Positions 1-10,026 are shown, counted from the stretch's first letter. The stretch is 64,000 nucleotides of DNA from Nitrosopumilus sp. (GCA_003702525.1 REGJ01000002.1:7984-71983), one strand, 5' to 3'. Made by a program: numbers and translations. Notes: generated from the letters alone by a model not told the origin.

Positions 1-1710
1 TGATTGAACTTTCATGATTCCTTCTTTAATCAAGAATTGAATTCCTTGAATGAAAGAGTCATCATCTATTGCACCTTCTGCCCACCAGCCTGCATTGTTC
101 TTTATCCATGCTGGAATTTCATTAGAACCAGTTCCTTGACCTTGTGATGTTGGTGGGATTTTTAGAATTCCTTCTTTGACTAGATACTGAATACCTTGCA
201 CAAATGAGCCATCATCAATTTGTCCATCAGCCCACCACTCTGCGTTGTTCTTAATCCATGCGGGGATTGCTGCAGGTGGTTGTGTTTCTGGTCCAGGTGT
301 AGGTTTTCCTATGCTAGGTCCAAGTTCAATTATTGCTGAACCAATTCCTGCATAAGTCTCATCATATGCTAATCCAGTGCCTAATGCTCGAATATCAATT
401 CTATACACTCCTTGTGATGGAACATAGATCTTCTTTACATCAATTCCTTCAGTAGCTAAAATTCCTGGCATTTGTGGGTCATCACCCAAGAATGTCTCTA
501 GGATTTCATCATTTTCATCAATAAATGATACAACATATCTCATATCTCTAACAAGTTCTCTATTTTCATCAAAGAATGTAATCTCAAAGGGAATTTCATC
601 ACCTGCACCGTAACTTCCATCCCATGAAATGTTAACAGTTGTTGGGACAGGTTCATAGTTTGTAGTGTCTACTAGATAAAATTCAGTGGATTGTTTTTCA
701 ACTGCGCTAAGTGGAACCAGTTTCAAATCCATTTTTGGATTGTCATAGTTTGATACACCTAATTCTTCGTTAATTCTTTGTAATTCTTGATTAGTAATTA
801 GGAAATGAACAATGTTAGTATCATCAAATGAGTATGGGTCATTTAGTAATGCTCTCTGATCAACTTCTATACCATTAACATATCCTTTGAACTGTTTACC
901 TTCTGCATATGGTGCAAATGTTTTTGGAACTCTAACTTCTTCATGAACTACTTGAACTAAATCAACATATTCAGGAGTCCAGTCAAATGGCATATCAAAT
1001 GAAATTGAATTATCAGATTGATCAAATTGGAAATTATCAACATGGTCATAGTAAGTCTTGACAGTAACTGGAATGTCTGCATTTGCAGTTTGAATTACAA
1101 AGTCTTGATCTTGTGCAATGCTAACAAAAGTTTCATAGCTTAACAAATCTGCCAAGATAGATTTTGGACTGGTTGCAGCCTCAATGTCTACACGAATTTG
1201 GTACAATCCACCTTCTAAGAAGATTGGACCTGTAATTCCTGGTCTTGCACACATATCCAAGTTATCATCATTACATTCTACACCCTGAACAAATAGAGCA
1301 CCAGGAGCGGTAACATGCTCTGAACCATGGTAAACAGTACACTGATGTAGATTTTCTTCATTACAATCAGCTTTTGGTGTTATCTTAACATCTAATCTTC
1401 CATCCAAGTCATAGAACAAATTTCTAGCCAAAAGTTCGCCACTATGCCAAAGTTCTACTCTATAGGTTACTTTGTCAAGATTAGTATCAGTCAAAGTATC
1501 AAAGAAACGAACTTGCATGTTTGCAGCGTCAAGTTCACCAACAGTAATGTCAGATGGACTTAGTTGTGTACTAACAGTTACTTCCATATCACCAAAGGAG
1601 ATAGCTGGAGCTTGATCACCACCCAAACCATGTCCAAAGACATCAGGGATTAATGCAGGTATTGTGAAAATTCCGATAATTGTGATGAATAATGCAAACT
1701 TGTTATGCAA
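1..1710 (-). CDS. Exported protein (3' end runs off window), mature N-terminus HGLG, two C-terminal [13 protein letters not shown] repeats
   Basis: Not in ORF track; hand translation from TTG at 1710: [26 protein letters not shown]|HGLGGDQ...FDMPFDW...VVHEEV...[15 protein letters not shown]...[15 protein letters not shown]...IMKVQS, reaching base 1 in frame. Confidence 0.9.
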   Translation of the reverse strand, partial: MHNKFALFITIIGIFTIPALIPDVFGHGLGGDQAPAISFGDMEVTVSTQLSPSDITVGELDAANMQVRFFDTLTDTNLDKVTYRVELWHSGELLARNLFYDLDGRLDVKITPKADCNEENLHQCTVYHGSEHVTAPGALFVQGVECNDDNLDMCARPGITGPIFLEGGLYQIRVDIEAATSPKSILADLLSYETFVSIAQDQDFVIQTANADIPVTVKTYYDHVDNFQFDQSDNSISFDMPFDWTPEYVDLVQVVHEEVRVPKTFAPYAEGKQFKGYVNGIEVDQRALLNDPYSFDDTNIVHFLITNQELQRINEELGVSNYDNPKMDLKLVPLSAVEKQSTEFYLVDTTNYEPVPTTVNISWDGSYGAGDEIPFEITFFDENRELVRDMRYVVSFIDENDEILETFLGDDPQMPGILATEGIDVKKIYVPSQGVYRIDIRALGTGLAYDETYAGIGSAIIELGPSIGKPTPGPETQPPAAIPAWIKNNAEWWADGQIDDGSFVQGIQYLVKEGILKIPPTSQGQGTGSNEIPAWIKNNAGWWAEGAIDDDSFIQGIQFLIKEGIMKVQS

Positions 1711-1732
1711 TACGGAAATAATGTTAATTCCA

Positions 1733-1761
1733 TATTTAAAGCTGGCATAGCATTTCTATGC
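1733..1761. promoter_or_regulatory. TATA-like box of the leftward gene plus adjacent inverted repeat GCATAG-N5-CTATGC
   Basis: TTTAAATA on minus strand (1740-1733) 23-30 nt upstream of TTG 1710; perfect 6-bp IR at 1745-1761. Confidence 0.45.
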
Positions 1762-1818
1762 GTGATTTTTTTTAAGAATCGGAGTACAATTTTTATTTAT
1801 GATTTTTTGATATACGGT

Positions 1819-2646
1819 ATGAAAATTCTTTTTGTATTATTACTTGTTCCACTGTTAATGATTCCAGCATTTGCTGAAACTCAAACATTACCTACAGATA
1901 AGAACACTTTGAATGTAAAATTAACTCATGATGAAATTGTTGTAGGTGACTTGAACAATCTAAGAATAGATTTCTTAAATCCTCAAACTAAAGAGATTCA
2001 AGTACACATTGATTACGAAATAGAAATTTCAAAAGAAGGTGGTGAAACTATTTTCCAAACTCCAAACTTGATTCACACTTCTGAAGGCTCTGTAAAAGGA
2101 TTAAAGGTAGAATTTCCCGAAGATGGATCTTATTCAATGAAAATTTCAGTTGAAGGAATCTTATTCCAACCAATTCCTAAAGAAATTGTTTCTTTTGACA
2201 TTCTTGTAGGTGAGGCTAACGCACAACCAATTGATGTTCCAGAAGACGATGGAAAGATGGATGGTGAAAACGGTGGTTGTCTTATTGCAACAGCAACATT
2301 TGGTTCAGAACTTGCTCCACAAGTACAACAACTAAGAGAACTTCGAGACAATACAGTTCTAAAAACAAATTCAGGAATTGCATTTATGACAACTTTTAAT
2401 CAATTCTATTATTCATTCTCACCAGCTGTTGCAGACTTTGAAAGAGAACAACCAGTATTCAAAGAAGTTATGAAAGTAACACTAACTCCAATGTTATCAT
2501 CATTATCATTGCTAAATCATGTAGAAATTGATTCAGAACAAGAGATGTTAGGATATGGTATCTCTATAGTACTACTAAATCTTGGAATGTATGTTGGAGT
2601 TCCTATATTTGGAATTCTAAAGTTGTACCAATTTAGAAAAAACTAA
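1819..2646 (+). CDS. CFI-box-CTERM domain surface protein
   Basis: Signal peptide from ATG 1819 (MKILFVLLLVPLLMIPAFA); GGCLIATATFGSELAPQVQQLRELRD motif; C-terminal TM helix. Confidence 0.85.
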   Translation: MKILFVLLLVPLLMIPAFAETQTLPTDKNTLNVKLTHDEIVVGDLNNLRIDFLNPQTKEIQVHIDYEIEISKEGGETIFQTPNLIHTSEGSVKGLKVEFPEDGSYSMKISVEGILFQPIPKEIVSFDILVGEANAQPIDVPEDDGKMDGENGGCLIATATFGSELAPQVQQLRELRDNTVLKTNSGIAFMTTFNQFYYSFSPAVADFEREQPVFKEVMKVTLTPMLSSLSLLNHVEIDSEQEMLGYGISIVLLNLGMYVGVPIFGILKLYQFRKN

Positions 2647-2705
2647 GATTCACTTATTGGAAATTCCAGTGAGGTTTTTATGTATCCGACCAAGTAAACT
2701 GTTTA

Positions 2706-3518
2706 ATGAAGACTATAGCAATTTGCTCTCTCTTCGTACTATTTGCAATGGTAGCTGGATTAGTTGCAACAACACCAGCTGCATATGCAGATCATCCAGA
2801 AGTCACAATCGTACCAGCAAATGGTTCTGGTGCACCAGGTTGTGAAGAAACCGCAGACGGATGTTACCTTCCAACTGTAGCAACAGTTGATGTTGGTGGT
2901 GTTGTAATTATGTCAAACACTGACACTGCAGCACACACATACACTTCAGGAACTCCAGATGACGGACCAGACGGTATCTTTGATACCAGTTTGTTAATGG
3001 CTGGAGGCTCATTCGAGTGGAGTCCAACTGAAGAAGGTGAATATCCTTACTTCTGTATGGTTCATCCTTGGATGCAGGGTACAATAGTAGTAGTAGCAGA
3101 ACATGGCGACGATCATGGTGATGATGGCGGTGAATTGATGGTTTCAATTGCAGATTCACAAGTAATGGGTGGAACACAAATTGAACTTACATTCAGCGAA
3201 TTACACGTCAACTATGACATTACTGCAACACAAGGTGGCGAAGTAGTCCTACAAGAAACTAATCAACATGCAATGGAGTCTACAGCAACTCATCAAATTG
3301 ATGCATTGGGTTCTGATGACAATCCAATTGATGTAGAAATTGTTTCTCTAGGAATCGGAGCACCAGGTAATGAAGCAGACTGGACTGGACCAACAGGAAC
3401 AGTTGCAACTGCCAAAGTTGTTCCAGAATTTGGTACAATCGTAATGATGGTACTAACTGTTGCAATCATAAGCATCGTAGCAGTAACTGCAAAATCTAGA
3501 GTAGTTCCAAGATTCTAG
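2706..3518 (+). CDS. Blue (type 1) copper cupredoxin with PEFG-CTERM anchor
   Basis: AHTYTSG and YFCMVHPWM copper ligands; VVPEFG + TM + basic tail. Confidence 0.92.
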   Translation: MKTIAICSLFVLFAMVAGLVATTPAAYADHPEVTIVPANGSGAPGCEETADGCYLPTVATVDVGGVVIMSNTDTAAHTYTSGTPDDGPDGIFDTSLLMAGGSFEWSPTEEGEYPYFCMVHPWMQGTIVVVAEHGDDHGDDGGELMVSIADSQVMGGTQIELTFSELHVNYDITATQGGEVVLQETNQHAMESTATHQIDALGSDDNPIDVEIVSLGIGAPGNEADWTGPTGTVATAKVVPEFGTIVMMVLTVAIISIVAVTAKSRVVPRF

Positions 3519-3531
3519 GAATCCTCTTTTT

Positions 3532-4170
3532 CTATTTTCTTTTTACTAAAGCAATTATCGCTAAGATTATAGCTGTTCCAGCAATTGACAATCCAAATAT
3601 TGCAAAGTCATATGCTGCACCACCATCAGATGTTACTTCAGTTTCTCCAGACTTTAGTTTAGAAACATCTTGTTGCAATGATGAGATTGCATTCTTTAGA
3701 GCAGCAATGTCTGCAGTACCTTCACTACTTGTAGGTGGAAAATCTAAGACTGCAGTTGGCTCTACGTCTTCAATTGGGATTTTAATATCAACTGGAACTC
3801 CACGGATTTCTCCTTTTAGTTCTATCATGTATGTCCCTGTTTTAGTAGGGATAACTGGAGAGAAATAATAACCTGGTCTAGGATCAGAATTTACTTCAAT
3901 TTTCTTTGTTGCACCACCAAACATAGCAGTTACATCAACATCTTTGAAAGCACTTGTAATTCCTGTAAAGGTACCTTCTTTTTCTCCACGTTCAATAACT
4001 TTTATCATGAATTCATTTCTAATTCCAACAACTGGGGGTTCAACACTCCATCCTGCTTCAATTTCATATTGTTCAACGTGAACAGTAGTATGAGCAAATG
4101 AGGGAGCTATCATTCCAATAGAGAACAACAAACCAATAATACCAAAAACTGCGATTTTCACTGCTATCAT
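3532..4170 (-). CDS. Exported membrane-anchored protein with mature N-terminal His
   Basis: Signal peptide ending SFA|HTTVHV; short coiled coil; C-terminal TM + KRK. Confidence 0.8.
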   Translation of the reverse strand: MIAVKIAVFGIIGLLFSIGMIAPSFAHTTVHVEQYEIEAGWSVEPPVVGIRNEFMIKVIERGEKEGTFTGITSAFKDVDVTAMFGGATKKIEVNSDPRPGYYFSPVIPTKTGTYMIELKGEIRGVPVDIKIPIEDVEPTAVLDFPPTSSEGTADIAALKNAISSLQQDVSKLKSGETEVTSDGGAAYDFAIFGLSIAGTAIILAIIALVKRK

Positions 4171-4263
4171 TTCATAATTACACGTTATTATCTTTACGTG
4201 AATTGGTACAAAATTCGAAGTTGTGAAAACTGTTTAAATTATCAGTATTGCCCTGAAGAGTAA

Positions 4264-7050
4264 ATGCAAAAGATCCTGATTACTTTAGTAATGATATCAT
4301 TAATTTCAATCCCATTTGCAGCAGCTCATCCATTTACTGAAGAAACTATTCCAAGTCTAACGTCTAATGCCCCAGCTGGAACAACAGAAGTGATTGTATA
4401 TTTTTCAGAACCAGTTGACATTAACTTTAGTGAACTTCGAGTGTTTGATACAAATGGAAATGAAATAGACAACAAAGACACTAGTTACTATGAAGGAGAG
4501 TTATCACTTATCATCACAACACCTCCATTAGAAGATGGAGTTTATACTGTATCAACTAAAGTTCTCTCCAAAGTAGACGGACATCTTGTTCCAGATGCAT
4601 TCTTGTTTGCAGTTGGTGATGTTGTAATTGATCCTTCATTACTTGATGTAGACCGACCATCTGAAATCATATTTTTACCCGAAGCTGGTGCAAGATTCCC
4701 AGGACTAGTAGGCCAAACAATTGTTTTGGGGGCAGTAATTGCATCTCTCATAATTTGGGGAACACAAAACAAGCATGTTATTAGAGAAGAACTAGACAAG
4801 ATTGGAAACTTCCATCATGGAAAATTTATGTCAATTACAGGAATTGGACTTGTTTTAATTTTCATCTCAAATATTTTGATGATTGCAGTACAAAGTGTTA
4901 GGCTCGGAGTTTCTCCACTTGATGCAATTCAAACTGATTTTGGAATAACATGGGTTATGAGAATGAGTATAACGATAATTCTCCTGGGTATTTGGTTTGG
5001 GTTGGATAGAAGCAAGTCCCTATCAAAAAAGAATCAAATTCCAATGTTAGGAGCAATGTTAGCATTAATTGCAACTTCAAGTTTGATTGGTCATGGTGCA
5101 GCTAGTGGTCACACACCAGCATTGATACTTGACTACATTCACAATTTAGTCTCAGGAGTTTGGATAGGTGGAATCATCTATTTTGTCTTTATTTTATTGC
5201 CAACATTTTCCCAACTAAAAGAAACACAACGAGAAAAGATGAGTCTGTTAATGATTCCTAGATTCTCAATTGCATTCATTATTGCCGTAGGAGTTGTTAT
5301 AATTACAGGACCAACACTAATGTGGTTCCTAGAAAGCGATATTGGATTAATTACTGAATCAATCTATGGTCAACTAATTATTCTAAAGATTGCAATTGCT
5401 GCAGTAATAATTGCATTTGGAGGATACTTCCAGGTAAAATTACAAAAGGATGCAGAAAAGAATCTTGAATCTGGAAAAATTTCTGTTCATAAAAAATTAA
5501 AAAAATCGCTCAAAGTTGATGTAGTGTTAGGAATCATCCTGCTAGGAGTTGTTGCGTTGATCACAAATGGAACATTACCTGCAGGAGAAATCCAAAAAGT
5601 TGATGCACAAGAGATTGTTTATGGTTTCAAAACTATAGAATTCACAGAGAATACTAAATTTGATATTGATATTTCACCATTTTCAAGTGGGTCAAACACA
5701 ATTCTAGTTAAGGTTAGTGACTTTGAGGGCAATCCACTCTATGACTCAGACCAGCTTAAAGTCAAGGTATCAAACCCATCAAAGAATATCTCACCAATAG
5801 AAGTTCCAATGGAGATAATCAAACAAGAAGAGAATAGACCAATAGAATTCCAAGGGGAAATGACATTTGGATTTTCAGGAGAATGGTTAGTTGAAGTTGA
5901 AGCACAAAGAACTGAGAATGCAAATGAATCAAAGCTTTTGAATTTACTAGTAAAACCAAGACTAACTGACATTCAAACACAAGTTATTGAATACGAATTA
6001 CCTGAAGATTCAAAACCACTATTTCCATTATATGATGGACGAAATACACTTTGGATAAGTGATGCATCAGATAATGGACGCATATGGGAGTTTTCACTTG
6101 AAACTCAAGAGTTCACATCACACTCATTTGATGGATTAACTACAACATTTCTAACTCAAGACAAAGATGGTAAAATTTGGTTTGTAGACACTCCTAGAAA
6201 TCAAATCGGATTCATAGACCCTCAAACAAAAGAAATTACAACAAAAACACTTCCAAACTTTGATCCTGTTATCTCAGACAACACACCACTTTTCATCAAA
6301 GCTGATTTTGATGGAAATATTTGGGTTACAATTGTCAACAAAGACAGAATCATAAAATACATGCCAGAAAGTGACAGGTTTGAAGAAATTATTATTCCTG
6401 GAAAGAACAATCTACCATTTGCATTAGAGATGGACGTAGATGGAAAGATGTGGTTTACGACAACTGGTGCAGGAAATATCGGATACATTGATCCAAAAGA
6501 CAATCGTATCACTCAGTTCACAAATGAACCTACACTACAAGGACCAGAGGCCTTACTCTTTGATGATGATGGAAATATTTGGATTGCAGAGCATACAGGC
6601 ACGGCAATTACCAGATTTAATCCAGTTTTAGAGACATTTGAGAGAGTTACTGTGCCTAATGATGAAGCATTACCATTTGGAATGACATTTGACAGATATG
6701 GAAATGTGTGGTTTGCTCAACATGTCATAGATAGTATTGGAGCATATGATCCTGACAATAATAATTTGATTGAGATCCCAGTTCCATCAGAAACATCATT
6801 TGTACAATTCATGACATCTGATGGAGACAACAATGTTTGGTTTGTAGAACAACAAGCAAGTAAGATAGGCACAATAAAGATGACAGAGATTCCAGTTATT
6901 GCATCACAAGTTCAATCATCAGGGGAATTTGAATTAAAGTACACAGAACTTGCATCACCACTAATTGCATTGGGAATTCTTGCTACATCTTTGTTTTATG
7001 TAAAAAGCATCAAAGACAAACGAAGATTAAATGGCTTGATTAATTCTTAG
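4264..7050 (+). CDS. CopC-CopD copper transport fusion with C-terminal Vgb-like beta-propeller
   Basis: AAA|HPF N-terminus and VLSKVDGH (CopC); multi-TM region with GHGAA and IHNLVSGVWIGG (CopD); repeated DxDGNIWF propeller blades; terminal TM. Confidence 0.88.
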   Translation: MQKILITLVMISLISIPFAAAHPFTEETIPSLTSNAPAGTTEVIVYFSEPVDINFSELRVFDTNGNEIDNKDTSYYEGELSLIITTPPLEDGVYTVSTKVLSKVDGHLVPDAFLFAVGDVVIDPSLLDVDRPSEIIFLPEAGARFPGLVGQTIVLGAVIASLIIWGTQNKHVIREELDKIGNFHHGKFMSITGIGLVLIFISNILMIAVQSVRLGVSPLDAIQTDFGITWVMRMSITIILLGIWFGLDRSKSLSKKNQIPMLGAMLALIATSSLIGHGAASGHTPALILDYIHNLVSGVWIGGIIYFVFILLPTFSQLKETQREKMSLLMIPRFSIAFIIAVGVVIITGPTLMWFLESDIGLITESIYGQLIILKIAIAAVIIAFGGYFQVKLQKDAEKNLESGKISVHKKLKKSLKVDVVLGIILLGVVALITNGTLPAGEIQKVDAQEIVYGFKTIEFTENTKFDIDISPFSSGSNTILVKVSDFEGNPLYDSDQLKVKVSNPSKNISPIEVPMEIIKQEENRPIEFQGEMTFGFSGEWLVEVEAQRTENANESKLLNLLVKPRLTDIQTQVIEYELPEDSKPLFPLYDGRNTLWISDASDNGRIWEFSLETQEFTSHSFDGLTTTFLTQDKDGKIWFVDTPRNQIGFIDPQTKEITTKTLPNFDPVISDNTPLFIKADFDGNIWVTIVNKDRIIKYMPESDRFEEIIIPGKNNLPFALEMDVDGKMWFTTTGAGNIGYIDPKDNRITQFTNEPTLQGPEALLFDDDGNIWIAEHTGTAITRFNPVLETFERVTVPNDEALPFGMTFDRYGNVWFAQHVIDSIGAYDPDNNNLIEIPVPSETSFVQFMTSDGDNNVWFVEQQASKIGTIKMTEIPVIASQVQSSGEFELKYTELASPLIALGILATSLFYVKSIKDKRRLNGLINS

Positions 7051-7858
7051 AAAGTAATCCGGTAGACTTTATTCCCATAGTACCAGCTAGCAATCCAATC
7101 GAAATTAAAACAATTGTTCCAGCCGGAGTAATATCAAAAATATAAGAAACTAAAATTCCTGCTACAACTGAAAAAATTGAGAAACTAATAGAAATTATTG
7201 CAGTTTGTTTGAATCCTTTTCCATACATTATTGCTGAAACATTTGGAATTACAAACAAGGCAGAAATTAACAAGACACCAACTAGTTGAATTGATGTAAC
7301 TACAGTTAATCCAGCCATAAATACAACAAGATAATTTATTTTCTCTACGGGAATTCCACTAACCTTAGCTTGTTCTTCATTAAATGTAGAATAGAGAAGT
7401 TCTCTGAATAATAACAAAACAACAATTAGAATTCCACCTGTCAAAGCTAGAATCAAAACTACATCATCAACACTAACTAGCAAAATGCTTCCAAACAGGA
7501 AACTAAAGATATCAAGTGTAAATCCACCTGATAATCCAATAATTACGAGCCCAACTGCAATACCAGAAGATAGCAGAACAGCAATTGATGCATCACCAGA
7601 AATGTTGAATCGGTCTTTGACTCTAGTTATTACAAGTGCACTAACAATTGAAACAACGTAAGCAGTCCAAAGTGGATAAACTCCTGCAAGTAGACCAACA
7701 GCAACACCACCAAATGATGAATGTGCAATAGCATCACCAAATAATGAATACCTTCTTAGGACAAGAAATAATCCAACAACTGAGCAAAGAATGGCAATAG
7801 CAATTCCTGCAATCAATGCTCTATGCATGAAACTGTAGGTTAGAATTTCAAAAGACAT
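7040..7858 (-). CDS. znuB: Zn/Mn ABC transporter permease
   Basis: GDAIAHSSFGG and VGVLLISALFVIP motifs; multi-TM. Confidence 0.9.
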   Translation of the reverse strand: MSFEILTYSFMHRALIAGIAIAILCSVVGLFLVLRRYSLFGDAIAHSSFGGVAVGLLAGVYPLWTAYVVSIVSALVITRVKDRFNISGDASIAVLLSSGIAVGLVIIGLSGGFTLDIFSFLFGSILLVSVDDVVLILALTGGILIVVLLLFRELLYSTFNEEQAKVSGIPVEKINYLVVFMAGLTVVTSIQLVGVLLISALFVIPNVSAIMYGKGFKQTAIISISFSIFSVVAGILVSYIFDITPAGTIVLISIGLLAGTMGIKSTGLLSKN

Positions 7859-7860
7859 GA

Positions 7861-8583
7861 TTAATGATGATGCATATGCTCCTGCATCGAGGCTTCAGAG
7901 TATTGTTTTACAAGATCATCATTAGAAAAGAAATCTTCAGATTCCCCATGAAAGAATAGTGTACGGTTAAGACAAGCTACATGATTTGCTAGCTTATTCA
8001 CAGCATCTAGATCATGAGAAGACCAGATGATTGTGATATTTTGTTTAGAGTTTAGTTCACGCAATATGCTATAGAACAGTTCAATACTTTGCTGATCGAT
8101 TCCTGTAACAGGTTCATCCAAAATCAACAGTTTTGGTTTGTGAACCAAAGCTTTTGCAATAAAGACACGTTGTTGCTGACCTCCAGATAATTCACCAATT
8201 CTTCTATTTCCCAATTCATGGATCCACAATTGTTGTAAAATCTCATCAATTCTATCTGCATCAGATTCACTTTGCAATCCCATTCTAACAACATCTTTTA
8301 CAGTAACTGGAAAATTTTTTTCAAAAATTGGTTTTTGTGGAACATATCCAATTTGTTTCAGATAGTGTTTTGATTTTCTAATATCTTGACCAAAAAACTT
8401 GATTGTTCCTTCATAATCTGTATAAAGATTCAACATGGATGCAAAAAGTGTGGATTTGCCTGCTCCATTAGGTCCAATTATGCCTAGAAAATCCCCTTCA
8501 TTGACCTCAAAACTAACGTCATCAAGGGCTTTGACATCAGGGTACTTTACTGATAGATTTTTGATTTCTACTGCTTTCAACAC
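7861..8583 (-). CDS. znuC: Zn/Mn ABC transporter ATP-binding protein
   Basis: GPNGAGKST, LSGGQQQR, LILDEP; His-rich tail EHMHHH. Confidence 0.92.
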   Translation of the reverse strand: MLKAVEIKNLSVKYPDVKALDDVSFEVNEGDFLGIIGPNGAGKSTLFASMLNLYTDYEGTIKFFGQDIRKSKHYLKQIGYVPQKPIFEKNFPVTVKDVVRMGLQSESDADRIDEILQQLWIHELGNRRIGELSGGQQQRVFIAKALVHKPKLLILDEPVTGIDQQSIELFYSILRELNSKQNITIIWSSHDLDAVNKLANHVACLNRTLFFHGESEDFFSNDDLVKQYSEASMQEHMHHH

Positions 8584-9557
8584 AAAGCCTCCTTTAGATT
8601 TTCAAGATTATCATTCATCTTCGAAATGTAAGTTCCATCTTCAACAACTTCTAATGGAGACAATGTCAAGACTTTGCCTCCGATTTCATTTGCAATAATT
8701 TCTGAAGTTTTTTGATTTACAGCTTCTTCACTAAAAATAATTTTTATGTTAAGTTCCCTAGCTTCTGAAATTACTTTTTCCAAAGTTCGTGCTGAAACAC
8801 CTCCATGAGGATCAGTCGAAGATAGTATTGTATGCTGGGTTAATCCATACTCATCTGCAAAATAAGAAAATGCATCATGAAAAGCTATGAAATCATTTGT
8901 ACATGAAGATAATTCTGTACGAATTTTTGAGTCAAGTGAATCTAATTGTTTCATGTATGCAGCAGCATTTGTTTGATAAAAGTCTCTGTTTTCAGGATCA
9001 GAGTTTGAAAATGCATTTGCAATATTTTGAACTTGAGTTTTTGCAAGTACAGGATTTAACCAAATGTGCGGATCACCTAAGCTATGATCGTGTGTATCAA
9101 TAATTTCTTCTTCATGTTCTTCATGTTCTTCATGTTCTTCATGTTCTTCATGTTCTTCATGTTCCTCTTCATGAGTTTCGATTAAAATTCCGTTACTAGT
9201 ATCAACAATTGTTCCAGAGAAATTATTTTCTTCTAATTTGTCAACCCAATTTTCAAATCCTATACCATTAATGATTATTAGATTAGATGATTGCATTTGT
9301 TGTACATCTTTAATTGTTGGTTCCCAATCATGAGGTTCTACTCCAATTGGTATGAGTAAAGTTGCATCGATTCTATCTTGTCCAATGTTTTGAGAAAATT
9401 CATGTAGTGGATAAAATGACGAAATTACTTTTAATTTAGAATCATCAACAGTTTCTGAAATTCTTGCTGAATCTGTACCATAAACAGCAAAAGCTGCAAG
9501 AGGAATTACGACTGCTATTACAATAATTGCCATTTTGCTTTGACTATTCATGAACAC
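8577..9557 (-). CDS. znuA: Zn/Mn ABC transporter substrate-binding protein with His/Glu-rich loop
   Basis: EPHDWEP, DPHIWL, FHDAFSY motifs; HEE repeat loop. Confidence 0.92.
   Translation of the reverse strand: MFMNSQSKMAIIVIAVVIPLAAFAVYGTDSARISETVDDSKLKVISSFYPLHEFSQNIGQDRIDATLLIPIGVEPHDWEPTIKDVQQMQSSNLIIINGIGFENWVDKLEENNFSGTIVDTSNGILIETHEEEHEEHEEHEEHEEHEEHEEEIIDTHDHSLGDPHIWLNPVLAKTQVQNIANAFSNSDPENRDFYQTNAAAYMKQLDSLDSKIRTELSSCTNDFIAFHDAFSYFADEYGLTQHTILSSTDPHGGVSARTLEKVISEARELNIKIIFSEEAVNQKTSEIIANEIGGKVLTLSPLEVVEDGTYISKMNDNLENLKEALC
9111..9164. repeat. Perfect 9-bp tandem repeat (TTCATGTTC)x6 encoding (HEE)n
   Basis: Six consecutive identical units counted directly. Confidence 0.95.
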
Positions 9558-9642
9558 AAAACTTCTAGAATTATTAATAAATCTATAAAATCTTAATAAT
9601 ATTAATTGCTAAATTTATAAGATAATTAATAACATTAGGCAT

Positions 9643-10026
9643 ATGCCAATAGTCTCAATCTCACTTAATGACGAGATTCTATCAGAATTAGACAAACTAC
9701 AATCAAGTATGGGATTCTCAGGTAGGTCTGAGGCAATTAGAGCAGGAATCAGGGCATTTGTTTCTGAAGAAAAACAAAAGGCAGATTTGTCAGGCAACAT
9801 CCACGCAATTCTTTTGGTAGTACACAATGACGAATTTGATCATATTGTTTCAGGAATAACTCACAACTTTGAGGATCTAATTACAACACACCTTCACAGC
9901 AAAATTGAAAAAGAAAAGTGCATGGAGCTTTTTGTAATTGATGGAGACGCAGAAAAAGTTTCTACAATGACAAAAGATTTTCAGACAAACAAGAACATGG
10001 ATACTGTTAGACTTGTTGCAATCTAA
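9643..10026 (+). CDS. nikR: NikR-family ribbon-helix-helix metalloregulator
   Basis: IVSISL...RSEAIR RHH domain; HLHSK...CMELF metal site. Confidence 0.85.
   Translation: MPIVSISLNDEILSELDKLQSSMGFSGRSEAIRAGIRAFVSEEKQKADLSGNIHAILLVVHNDEFDHIVSGITHNFEDLITTHLHSKIEKEKCMELFVIDGDAEKVSTMTKDFQTNKNMDTVRLVAI

Noticed and set aside
1705-1818. N-terminal extension of the 313-aa ORF
   Set aside because: It spans the divergent promoter and overlaps the opposite gene's start; the signal peptide begins at ATG 1819
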